64,000 bases of DNA from an uncultured Acidobacteriota bacterium. GTDB lineage: Bacteria; Acidobacteriota; Thermoanaerobaculia; UBA5066; Gp7-AA6. Under the pieces are notes generated by a model. The model saw only the letters and a list, made by a program, of their open reading frames with translations, made no database searches and was not told the DNA's origin. A program made the position numbers and the translations under genes. The stretch is taken from the NCBI GenBank assembly GCA_963782585.1, contig CAWAKL010000003.1, positions 259,735 through 323,734 of the forward strand. The letters run 5' to 3'. Below are positions 39,640 to 52,644 of this stretch, in pieces. Positions within the stretch are counted from its first letter, which is position 1; each line of letters opens with the position of its first letter.

Positions 39640-41243
39640 CGGCGGCGTCTGCGGAGAATTCGTCGACGTCGGCGCGGCGCAGGCGCGCGGCCGTGCTCGC
39701 GTCGGCAATCTGGTTTTCGGCGCTCGCGATTTTCGCGGTCTGGACCCGCCTGCCGATGGTTCGGGAAGGTCTATGGCGAGACGAGGCGATCTCGGTGTCG
39801 GTCGCCAGCGCGCCGAGCGTGTCCGAGCTCTTCGCCCGGAATCGCGTCTCCGACTACAACCCGCCGCTCTTCAACCTTCTCCTGTCCGGCTACACGCGCC
39901 TCTTCGGATCGGGAGAGATTCCTCTCAAGCTCTTCGCGCTGGGCCTGGGCCTGCTCGCAGTGGCCGCAGCGACGGCGCTCGCCTGGGAGCTCGGCGGTCC
40001 CGTGGCGGCGGCGTTGACCGCCGCGTTCGCCGTCCACAATCCGTTGCTGATCGAGATGTCCACGGAGATCCGCGCGTACTCGCTGTCCGCCTTCCTGGCC
40101 GCGATCTCACTCTTCGCGATCTTCCGCATTCGGCGTCGGCCTGCCGGCGACGGCCGTGCGGCGTTCGTCGGTCTGTGGGTGCTGTTGACGCTGCTCGTCT
40201 ATTCGCACGTGGCCGGCGGAGTCGTGACCGCCGTTCTCTTTGGATGGGGGATCTTCGAGTGGCAGCGGAAGCCGGCGCTTCCGTTCGGAAGGCGCCTGAC
40301 GCTGACCGCGTTCGCCGCCGGCGCAACCTATCTCTTCTGGATTCCGACGACGTGGCGCCAGTTCCGGACCGGACTCCCCTGGGAAACGCCGCTCACCCTG
40401 TCGGAGAAGATGGAGTCGCTCTTTCGGCGCTCGGTCGACGTCCTTCTGATCCCGCAGGCGTTCGAGCAGCCCTTCTTCCTCGTGGGAATGGCGGTTCTTC
40501 TCGGAACGGGCGTCCTGCTGGCCCCGGCTGTGTCGGCCCGCTTCCGGCGACGCTGGGACGCGCTCGTGATTCCCGGCCTCGCGGGCGCGGCGGTCTGGCT
40601 GCCGTTGGGGCTGTTCTCGCAGCATTCCCGCTACCTCATCATTCCGGCGACGCTGTGGATCGTGGTCTTCTCGGTGGCGCTCAGCCGCGTGTGGGAAGCG
40701 GCGAGCGGCACTTCCGCGAAGTTCTCTGCTGCGGTCGTCGTCGCGCTCCTGGCGCTGATCGCGGCTTCGTTCTCGGCTCGAAGAGACTTCTATGAAGGGC
40801 GCTGGTCCGTGGCGGAGCGGCCGCAGTCGGGGATCCGAACTCTGTGCCGGGATCGCGCCTTCGGATCCGGCGAGCTGGTCGTCGTCCTGCCGGACTATCT
40901 GGCGCCGACCGTCTGGTACTACTGCGGCCGGCTGGAAAACCTGCACGGCTTCGCACGCTGGAATCGGCCGGATCTCTTCGACGCCGGTGATCATGGTGCG
41001 CAGTGGAGGGATCCCGCGGCGCCGGGTCGCCGGATCTCGGAGATCGAGACGCGGCTTCGGGACGGGAACCTGTCGCAATTCACGATCCTGCGCGAGCTGG
41101 CGCCGGCGCGATTGCTCCCGTTTTACCAGGCGCAGGAAGAGCGGTTCGAGGGGGAGCTCTCGCGCCGGTTCGAGGAACGCTCGGCGGGCCGCTTCCCCGG
41201 CCGCGTCGAGACCGTCGAGGCCGTCGTCATGACGCCTCGATGA
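39636..41243 (+). CDS. GT-C glycosyltransferase, GT39/GT83 (ArnT/PMT_2)-like
   Basis: ATGA overlap with the GT2 gene. 535 aa, polytopic, with a first-loop GLWRDEA motif typical of ArnT/PMT_2-type enzymes and a ~150-aa soluble C-terminal domain. Confidence 0.7.
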   Translation: MTAASAENSSTSARRRRAAVLASAIWFSALAIFAVWTRLPMVREGLWRDEAISVSVASAPSVSELFARNRVSDYNPPLFNLLLSGYTRLFGSGEIPLKLFALGLGLLAVAAATALAWELGGPVAAALTAAFAVHNPLLIEMSTEIRAYSLSAFLAAISLFAIFRIRRRPAGDGRAAFVGLWVLLTLLVYSHVAGGVVTAVLFGWGIFEWQRKPALPFGRRLTLTAFAAGATYLFWIPTTWRQFRTGLPWETPLTLSEKMESLFRRSVDVLLIPQAFEQPFFLVGMAVLLGTGVLLAPAVSARFRRRWDALVIPGLAGAAVWLPLGLFSQHSRYLIIPATLWIVVFSVALSRVWEAASGTSAKFSAAVVVALLALIAASFSARRDFYEGRWSVAERPQSGIRTLCRDRAFGSGELVVVLPDYLAPTVWYYCGRLENLHGFARWNRPDLFDAGDHGAQWRDPAAPGRRISEIETRLRDGNLSQFTILRELAPARLLPFYQAQEERFEGELSRRFEERSAGRFPGRVETVEAVVMTPR

Positions 41244-41292
41244 CGCGGCGCCGGCCGCGTGGAGTGTCCAGCTTGGCTATAATCCGCAGCCC

Positions 41293-42360
41293 TTGAAAGA
41301 CTCCCGCTACGCCGAAGCCGGCGTCGACATCGACGCGAAAGCCGCCGCTCTGGCGCGAGCGAAGAAGGCCATCCGTTCGACCTTCACGCCGGGTGTGCTC
41401 GGCGACGTCGGAGGGTTCGGCGGCCTGTTTCGCCCGGACTTCTCGAAGTATCGCGAGCCGGTGCTCGTCGCCTCGACCGACGGCGTCGGCACCAAGCTGA
41501 AGGTTGCGATCGAGATGAAGCAGCACGACACGTGCGGCGCCGATCTCGTGAACCACTGCGTGAACGACATCCTGGTCCAGGGAGCGCGTCCGCTGTTCTT
41601 CCTGGACTACATCGCCACGGGCCGGGTCGAGCCGGGGCTGATCGAGAGCGTCATCGAGGGCATCGCGCGCGCGTGCCGCGAGAACGGCACCGCCCTTCTC
41701 GGTGGCGAGACGGCGGAGATGCCGGGCTTCTACGCGGCCGGCGAATACGACGTCGCCGGCACGATCGTCGGAGTCGTCGAGCGCTCCCGGATCCTCGACG
41801 GCTCCCGCATCGTGGCGGGGGACCTTGCGGTGGGCCTCGCCTCCGTCGGCCTCCAGACCAACGGCTACACGCTGGCCCGCAAGGTCTTCTTCGAAACCAT
41901 GCGCCGGAAACCGGAGGACCGCCTCCGGGAGCTCGACGATCGTGCGATCGGGGACGTCCTGCTCGCGCCGCACCTCTCGTACCTGAAGCCTCTCGAGCCG
42001 CTGCTCGACGCGGATCTCGTCCACGGCCTCGCGCACCTGACCGGCGGCGGCTTCTACGACAACATCCCGCGCGTGCTGCCCGAGGGGCTCGACGTCGTCG
42101 TGAAGGCCGGCGCCTGGCCGGTGCCGGCGGTCTTCGACGTCATCGCGCGCGAGGGCGACGTGTCCTTCGAGGAGATGCATCGAGTCTTCAACATGGGAAT
42201 CGGGATGGTCGTCTTTCTCGCGCCCGCGGATCTCTCGCGCGCCGCCGAGCTCTGGAAGGCGGCGGGCCAGCGGTGGTACGCGATCGGCAATGTCCGGGGC
42301 GGCGGTGGCCGCCGCGTCGTCGTGGAACCCGTTTCTAGCGAGTCGACCCCGCCGGTGTAG
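41293..42360 (+). CDS. purM: Phosphoribosylformylglycinamidine cyclo-ligase (AIR synthetase)
   Basis: TTG start. YAEAGVDIDA, STDGVGTKL, DLVNHCVNDILVQGARPLFFLDY and GGETAEMPG are present. Confidence 0.9.
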   Translation: MKDSRYAEAGVDIDAKAAALARAKKAIRSTFTPGVLGDVGGFGGLFRPDFSKYREPVLVASTDGVGTKLKVAIEMKQHDTCGADLVNHCVNDILVQGARPLFFLDYIATGRVEPGLIESVIEGIARACRENGTALLGGETAEMPGFYAAGEYDVAGTIVGVVERSRILDGSRIVAGDLAVGLASVGLQTNGYTLARKVFFETMRRKPEDRLRELDDRAIGDVLLAPHLSYLKPLEPLLDADLVHGLAHLTGGGFYDNIPRVLPEGLDVVVKAGAWPVPAVFDVIAREGDVSFEEMHRVFNMGIGMVVFLAPADLSRAAELWKAAGQRWYAIGNVRGGGGRRVVVEPVSSESTPPV

Positions 42361-44095
42361 CGGCCGATCCCTCCGGATCGGTGGCGCGCTCGCGGACCTC
42401 GAGGTCGCCAAAGGCGGCGGCCGCGCGCGGATAGAGCTCCCGGAGCCGACGATCGAGCGCCGTCCGCGGAGGATCCGCCGCCGGAAGCCCGCGGAAGATC
42501 TCGCTCTTCCAGGTGACGGCCGTGTCGCTGCCGGAGCGTTCGAGCTCCTCGATCATGCGCGCCTGGATGAAGGGCGCGTTCTGGACTCCCGGATCGTACT
42601 GGTACCAGCGGGTGTAGGGCAGGCGAGTGGAGAGAAGGAAGAGGGCGATCGCGCTGCTGTCGGTGCGTCCGTGGTCCGTCGCGAGCGCGACGAATCGGCT
42701 CGTCGGCGCCGCCCGGCGGTCGGCCTCGGCGACCGCCAGGACGGCCGGAACCGGGAAAGCCGACGCCGGGAATTGCGCCCAGAAACCGGTCGCCGTCGAC
42801 ATCTGGGGAAACGGCGGGCGGTAACCGATCCAGTACGCGGGAAAGGGCGGGCTGGCGAGGAGCAGCGGCAGCCAGGCGAAGGCGAGCAGCCCGGCGATGG
42901 CGCCGCGCGCCCGGACCGTCTGTCCCCGGAGGCTTGCGATCCCGGCCACGCCCGCGAAGGCCAGAGCCGCCGTGAAGTGCGCCTGGTCGCCGCGTGTCAG
43001 GGAGTAGTGGAGAAACGCCATGGCAGCGAGGCCCGAGAGCGCCGAAACCCTCGTCGTCGCGCTGTCGGCCAGGTGGCGGGCCGCGAACGCGAAAACCGCT
43101 ACGGCGGCGGCGAGCAGAACCAGGATGGCGAACCCTGCCGTGCGCCCCGGCTGCGCCGCGGCGCGAAGGACCGACGGGATGGCCGCCGCGACGGCGACCC
43201 CCAGGATCGTGGTCGCGCGCGCCCGTCGATTGGAGAGCCGGAGCCCGGCGGCCGTGGCGAGGAGAAAAAATCCGGCGAGGTGGAGCGCGTCGAACAGGGT
43301 GCGCGCGGCGGGGCCCAACGGAAATGGCAACAGCGACGGCGGCAGAAACCGAGGCCGCCCCGACATGAGTTTCTGGGGAATGACGATCATCGCGAGCCAG
43401 GCATCGGGCAGAGGGATCTCTCGATAGAGGATGGCCCACATCGACGCGGCGACAGCGGCCGCGACACCGAGAAACCGGACCAGCCGCGGTCCGCGCCGGG
43501 CGAAGGTCCGGGTCGCGATGGCGTAGCCGACGACGGCGGCCGCCGTGTAGGCGCCGAAGGCCGGCCGGACGAGGCCGGAGAGCCCGGCCGCGGCGCCGGC
43601 CGCCAGCCACAGTGGATCGGCGGACCTCGAGGAAGGATCGAGCTCGGCGAGGGCGATGAGCTCGATTGCGAGCAGCGCGAACGTGTACGCGAAAAAATGC
43701 GGAAAGACGAGAGCCGTCGAGAAATTGAGGACGAGAAGGGCGGCGAGCGCCGCGGCAGCGGCTTCCTTCGAAACCAGGCGGCGAACCAGCGGAATCAGCG
43801 GCAGGGCCACGGCGAGCAGCCCGATCCCCTGCGCGACGCGGAGGGCAATGCCTGGATTCCCGACGTGAAGAAAGAGCGCCATCAGGCTGTAACCGAGCGG
43901 CCCGTAGTGCGTGTAGAAGTCGAGATATGGGAGGCCGCCGGCCTGGACGATGCGACCTCCCAGCGCGAGCGACGGCTCGTCGTAGAGGTCCATCGAAATG
44001 TAGAGCAGCCCGACGAAGGAGGCGAGCCACGCGGCCGCGAGTCCGATGGTCGGCGCCGCCCGGCTCGCGAACCGCCTCGAAGCGACCGCCTCCAT
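42335..44095 (-). CDS. Polytopic membrane protein, GT-C-fold-like candidate (family X2, copy 1)
   Basis: 586 aa from ATG 44095. The loop motif is SMDLYDEPSLALGGRIVQAGGLPYLDFYTHYGPLGY, many TM helices follow, and the C-terminal soluble domain is FVALATDHGRTDSSAIALFLLSTRLPYTRWYQYDPGVQN. Confidence 0.55.
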   Translation of the reverse strand: MEAVASRRFASRAAPTIGLAAAWLASFVGLLYISMDLYDEPSLALGGRIVQAGGLPYLDFYTHYGPLGYSLMALFLHVGNPGIALRVAQGIGLLAVALPLIPLVRRLVSKEAAAAALAALLVLNFSTALVFPHFFAYTFALLAIELIALAELDPSSRSADPLWLAAGAAAGLSGLVRPAFGAYTAAAVVGYAIATRTFARRGPRLVRFLGVAAAVAASMWAILYREIPLPDAWLAMIVIPQKLMSGRPRFLPPSLLPFPLGPAARTLFDALHLAGFFLLATAAGLRLSNRRARATTILGVAVAAAIPSVLRAAAQPGRTAGFAILVLLAAAVAVFAFAARHLADSATTRVSALSGLAAMAFLHYSLTRGDQAHFTAALAFAGVAGIASLRGQTVRARGAIAGLLAFAWLPLLLASPPFPAYWIGYRPPFPQMSTATGFWAQFPASAFPVPAVLAVAEADRRAAPTSRFVALATDHGRTDSSAIALFLLSTRLPYTRWYQYDPGVQNAPFIQARMIEELERSGSDTAVTWKSEIFRGLPAADPPRTALDRRLRELYPRAAAAFGDLEVRERATDPEGSAATPAGSTR

Positions 44096-44130
44096 TTCTG
44101 TGTATTCTGCCTCGGAAACGCCGCCACACG

Positions 44131-44709
44131 ATGAAGCGCCGACTCGCCATCCTCCTCTCCGGCCGCGGCTCCAATTTCGAGGCGATCGCCGACGCGATCG
44201 AGAGCGGAACGATTCCCGGCGCCGAAATCGTCGCCGTGATCTCGGACGTGCCCGACGCGCGCGGGCTCGCCCGGGCGAGAGAGCGTAGCCTTCCGGCGTT
44301 CGCCGTCGATCGGGGCGCGTTTCCATCGCGCCGGGCGCATGAGGACGCGATGCTCGCGATTCTCGAGCGGGAGAAACCGGAGCTCGTCTGCCTCGCGGGC
44401 TACATGCGATTGCTCTCGCCCGACTTCATCGCGCGCTGGCGCGGCCGGATCCTCAACATCCATCCCGCGCTGCTGCCCAGGTTCCCGGGCCTCGACGTGC
44501 AGCGCCGCGCGCTCGAGGCGGGGGAGCGGGAATCGGGATGCACGGTTCACTTCGTCGACGAGGGGACCGACACGGGCCCCATCGTCCTGCAGCGAAAGGT
44601 GCCGATTCTTCCGGGCGATACGGTGGAGTCGTTGTCGGCGCGCATCCTGGCCGAGGAGCATCGGGCCTATCCCGAGGCGATCGCGCGAGTTCTCGGCGGT
44701 TCGGGCTAG
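44131..44709 (+). CDS. purN: Phosphoribosylglycinamide formyltransferase
   Basis: LAILLSGRGSNFEAI, LAGYMRLL, NIHPALLP and GCTVHFVDEGTDTGPI are present. Confidence 0.9.
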   Translation: MKRRLAILLSGRGSNFEAIADAIESGTIPGAEIVAVISDVPDARGLARARERSLPAFAVDRGAFPSRRAHEDAMLAILEREKPELVCLAGYMRLLSPDFIARWRGRILNIHPALLPRFPGLDVQRRALEAGERESGCTVHFVDEGTDTGPIVLQRKVPILPGDTVESLSARILAEEHRAYPEAIARVLGGSG

Positions 44710-46451
44710 CGGAGGCGCACGAGGAGTCCGCCGAATCGGGCGGCGGCGACCGGATAGAGCTCGAGGAGCCGCCGGTCGAGGGCAGCCGTCGCGGGCTCGT
44801 CCGGTCCGCGCTCGCGTCCCCCGAAACTGATCGTGCTCCAGACCACGGCCGAGCGGCTGCCCGATTTCTCGAGCTCGTCGGCCATCCGCTGCTGGACGAA
44901 CGCCGAGTTCTGGACGCCGGGATCGTAGGCGTACCACTTCGTGTACGGAAGCCGCGACGACAGCAGAAACAGCACGACCGCGCTGCCCTCGCTCGAGCGG
45001 TGGTCGGAGGCGAGCGCGACGAACCGACTGGACGGATCGGCTTCCCGATCGGCGGCGCGGACCGCCTCGACCGCTTCGACGGGAAAAGTCGAAGCCGCCC
45101 ATCCTCGCCAGAAGCCGGATGCCGTCGAGACGGACGCGGTCCGGCCGGCCCGGCCGATCTGAGACGGAGGGCTGACTTCGAGCCCGAGCGCCGGGGAGCG
45201 CGTCGCGACGACGACGAGCAGCAGCGTGACGACGCGGCCGGCGGTTGCGAGATCCGGAAGGACGAGGAGACCGGCCGCAACGGCCAGCGCGAGCGCCGGA
45301 AGAAGGTGCGCGAAATCCGCGCGGGAGACGTAGTAGTGGAAGAACGCCGCCGCCGTCGCGCCGCAGAGCGCGGACGCGAGCCTGCGGCCGCTCGTCGCGA
45401 CCCATTCGCGCGCAAACGCCCACGTGGCGACGGCGAGCACGAAGAGCGCGGCGCTGCCGGCCGTCGGGAGCCACCCCGGCGGCCGCGAGCCGCCGAGGGC
45501 GAAGGGGAGGACGGCCGCGAGCGTCGTCCCCGTGATCCCCAGCGCGCGGCTTCCCCGGCTCGCCGAAACCAGCGCTCCGAGGACCGCCAGCGCGAACGCC
45601 GAGCCGAGCGTCAGCGCCGCGATCCAGGCGCGGGGACCGATGCGGAGCGCGGAAAGCTGCAACGTCGGCGGGACGAAGCGCGAGGAGTGGAGGGAGATCT
45701 CGCCGGGAATCACGATGCTCGCGAGATACGCCTCCTCCAACGGGATCGCACGAAAGAACAGCACCCACACGAGAGCGCCGGTTCCGACGGCCGCGACAGT
45801 GAGCACCGCGATCCGCCGGAGGCCTCCGCGCGGCGTGGTCGCGGCGATCAGACCGATCGCGGCGGCGGCGGCGTAGAAGCCGAACGCGGGCCGCACCAGG
45901 CCCGCGAGGGCGAAGGACGCTCCGGCGGCGGCATCGAACCTCGTGGACGCGCCAGAAAAGGCGCCCCGCGCGCCCATTGCCAGGAGCCCGATGCCGGCCA
46001 GAACGAAAAAGTAGGCGAAGAAATGCGGAGCCTGAATGGCGGTGGCGAACCCGAGAAACGCGACGGCCGCAGCCGCCGCTGTCCACGCGCCGCCCTCAGG
46101 CCGGAGCGCACGGCTGACGAAAACGATGAGGATCGCCAGCAGAAGCAGGACGAAGCCCTGCGCCAGCCGATACGCGATGCCCGGGTTTCCCAGGGGCAGG
46201 AACCACGAGATCAGCTCGTATCCGAGGGGCCCGTAATGCGTGTAGAAGTCCCGGTAGGGGAGCTCCCCGGCCCGCACGGCGCGTCCTCCGACGAGCAGCA
46301 GGCACTCGTCGTAGAGGTCGAGCGGTACCGAGAGGAGGCCCGCCAGACTGGCCAGCCAGGCCGCCCCCAGGAGCGGAACGGTCCAGCGGGAGCCCGGAGC
46401 CCCGGTGGGAACCGTGAGGGACGGTCCCCCGGCGGGCTCGGCTCGGTGCAT
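44706..46451 (-). CDS. Polytopic membrane protein, paralog of 42335-44095 (family X2, copy 2)
   Basis: 581-aa ORF, ~60-65% identical to copy 1 in the conserved parts (PLDLYDECLLLVGGRAVRAGELPYRDFYTHYGPLGY; FVALASDHRSSEGSAVVLFLLSSRLPYTKWYAYDPGVQN). Confidence 0.55.
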   Translation of the reverse strand: MHRAEPAGGPSLTVPTGAPGSRWTVPLLGAAWLASLAGLLSVPLDLYDECLLLVGGRAVRAGELPYRDFYTHYGPLGYELISWFLPLGNPGIAYRLAQGFVLLLLAILIVFVSRALRPEGGAWTAAAAAVAFLGFATAIQAPHFFAYFFVLAGIGLLAMGARGAFSGASTRFDAAAGASFALAGLVRPAFGFYAAAAAIGLIAATTPRGGLRRIAVLTVAAVGTGALVWVLFFRAIPLEEAYLASIVIPGEISLHSSRFVPPTLQLSALRIGPRAWIAALTLGSAFALAVLGALVSASRGSRALGITGTTLAAVLPFALGGSRPPGWLPTAGSAALFVLAVATWAFAREWVATSGRRLASALCGATAAAFFHYYVSRADFAHLLPALALAVAAGLLVLPDLATAGRVVTLLLVVVATRSPALGLEVSPPSQIGRAGRTASVSTASGFWRGWAASTFPVEAVEAVRAADREADPSSRFVALASDHRSSEGSAVVLFLLSSRLPYTKWYAYDPGVQNSAFVQQRMADELEKSGSRSAVVWSTISFGGRERGPDEPATAALDRRLLELYPVAAARFGGLLVRLR

Positions 46452-46570
46452 GGGGTATTTTGCACTGCCCGGGCCGACCCGGGCGCCACTCCGGGTGCCC
46501 AGGTTTCAGTGCATCGCGGGGCGGCGAAAACCCAGTGTTTGCGGGCCTTTTCGCATTTCTTCAAAATTGC

Positions 46571-46599
46571 TTGACAGGCCCCTCCGCGAACCCTATATT
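46571..46599 (+). promoter_or_regulatory. Candidate sigma-70 rRNA operon promoter
   Basis: TTGACA (46571-46576), a 17-nt spacer, then TATATT (46594-46599). It is preceded by an unusually A/T-rich stretch (tttcgcatttcttcaaaattgc) in a GC-rich genome, and lies ~340 nt upstream of the 16S 5' end. Confidence 0.6.
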
Positions 46600-46936
46600 C
46601 CCTTTCCCCTACACGGGTTGGTTCTTTCCAAGGGGATCCTTCTCTGCGTGAGCCGTCGCGTCGCGACGGGCTCGCCGCGGCCGTCGCCCGATGGCCCCCG
46701 AAGGGTCGCCAAAATTGGAAGACCTGCCCCGACGGGGATGTTTTTCCAGATCCGCGCCGGTGGAACGGCGCGGCTTTCGGGCCCAAAAGACCCGGGGGCG
46801 CGGTTCCTTGAAAACTGAGTAGAGCGTGCCAGACGTCTTTTTCCTGGTTTTTATGAAAAACCAGAGTTTTCAGAAACTACAGGGTTTGACTCGCATCAAT
46901 CGGGGAAGGCGCAAGCCGGAACCGTGCGAAACACTT

Positions 46937-48498
<1,562 letters not shown>

Positions 48499-48676
48499 GA
48501 GTTCTTCTCGCTGCTCTTCTCTCATGGAGATGCGGACGAGACACTCGAAGGTCGATCGTCTGGTGCTCGCGCAAGCGAGCAAACGCCTCTACTCAGTTTT
48601 GAAGGTATCGGCTCCTGGGACCATTGGGTTCCGGAAGACGCTGATCTTTGATGTCATCGATACGGCTAGTCCCGCT

Positions 48677-48754
48677 GGGCCTATAGCTCAGTTGGTTTAG
48701 AGCACACGCCTGATAAGCGTGAGGTCGGTAGTTCGAATCTACCTAGGCCCACCA
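48677..48754 (+). tRNA. tRNA-Ile (anticodon GAT), CCA encoded
   Basis: GGGCCTATAGCTCAG...CTGATAA...GGTTCGAATC-type T arm...GGCCCACCA, located in the 16S-23S spacer. Confidence 0.95.
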
Positions 48755-48773
48755 CTTCAGACCGTCCTCACGT

Positions 48774-48849
48774 GGGGCTGTAGCTCAGCTGGGAGAGCGG
48801 CGGCTTTGCAAGCCGTAGGTCGCCGGTTCGATTCCGGTCAGCTCCACCA
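48774..48849 (+). tRNA. tRNA-Ala (anticodon TGC), CCA encoded
   Basis: GGGGCTGTAGCTCAGCTGGGAGAGC...TTTGCAA...GGTTCGATTCC...CTCCACCA; the G3:U70 position is consistent with the Ala identity element. Confidence 0.95.
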
Positions 48850-49009
48850 ATTTCCCTGGACGCGGAGCGGAGGCCGTCGATGACTGATCAGGTTGGCGCG
48901 GATGAGAAAGCTCCTTGCGCGAGGCGAGGGGCTTTTTGATCCGCGGTGATCACGATCTTTGACAAGAGAGTCGGGTAAACGAAAACGATTCGCGTCTTAG
49001 GTATTTTAT

Positions 49010-51989
<2,980 letters not shown>

Positions 51990-52075
51990 TAAAATATTTA
52001 AGACGCGAATCGAAAAACCGTTTACATACGACTCTCTTGAACCCTGGAAACAGGGAAACTTTTGAAACAGAGTTT

Positions 52076-52191
52076 CCCGGTGACCTTAGCGAAGGGGCCA
52101 CACCCGTTCCCATTCCGAACACGGCCGTTAAGCCCTTCAGCCCCGATGGTACTTCGTGGGAAACCGCGTGGGAGAGTAGGACGTTGCCGGG
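52076..52191 (+). rRNA. rrf: 5S ribosomal RNA
   Basis: CCCGGTGACCTTAGCGAAGGGGCCACACCCGTTCCCATTCCGAACACGG...GGGAGAGTAGGACGTTGCCGGG. Confidence 0.9.
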
Positions 52192-52203
52192 GATTATTCT
52201 TGC

Positions 52204-52236
52204 AGCTCAGGACTTGTTCCTGAGCTTTTCTTTTTT
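52204..52236 (+). terminator. Intrinsic terminator of the rrn operon
   Basis: The stem agctcagga / tcctgagct (52204-52212 and 52218-52226) is followed by ttttctttttt. Confidence 0.8.
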
Positions 52237-52239
52237 CAC

Positions 52240-52644
52240 GTGAAAACGGCCCGGATACTGTCGGCTGCGGCGGGCGTTCTTCTCGCCGCGTGGATCCTCG
52301 CGCGAACCGGGTTGAGGCTCACCGCACTCGCGCGGGGACTCGATGCCCGGGACGGCATCGGCGAGACCCGCTTCTGGTCATGGGCCTACCGTGACCCGCC
52401 GCTGGTCGGACGGCTCGAGGAGGCCGCTCGTCCTCTGGCAACGGGCGAGGCGGTCGTGCCCGTGTGCGTTCCGGAATGTCTGACGAGCTGGTTCGGGGTG
52501 ATGGCGGCATACGCGATGCCCCGCCAGGCGGTCGTGGGTGCGAAGACCGTGGGACAGCTCGGGACCGTCTTCCCGACCCGCATCGTCCGGACCCGGACCG
52601 AAGTGCGCGTCGAACCCCGGTCCGGAACCGATGCCCGCCGCTGA
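52240..52644 (+). CDS. Hypothetical membrane-anchored protein (weak call)
   Basis: 134-aa ORF with an N-terminal hydrophobic helix (ILSAAAGVLLAAWILA). GTG lies 3 nt after the terminator T-run with no SD sequence, and the stop overlaps the next start (ATG 52631). Confidence 0.3.
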   Translation: MKTARILSAAAGVLLAAWILARTGLRLTALARGLDARDGIGETRFWSWAYRDPPLVGRLEEAARPLATGEAVVPVCVPECLTSWFGVMAAYAMPRQAVVGAKTVGQLGTVFPTRIVRTRTEVRVEPRSGTDARR

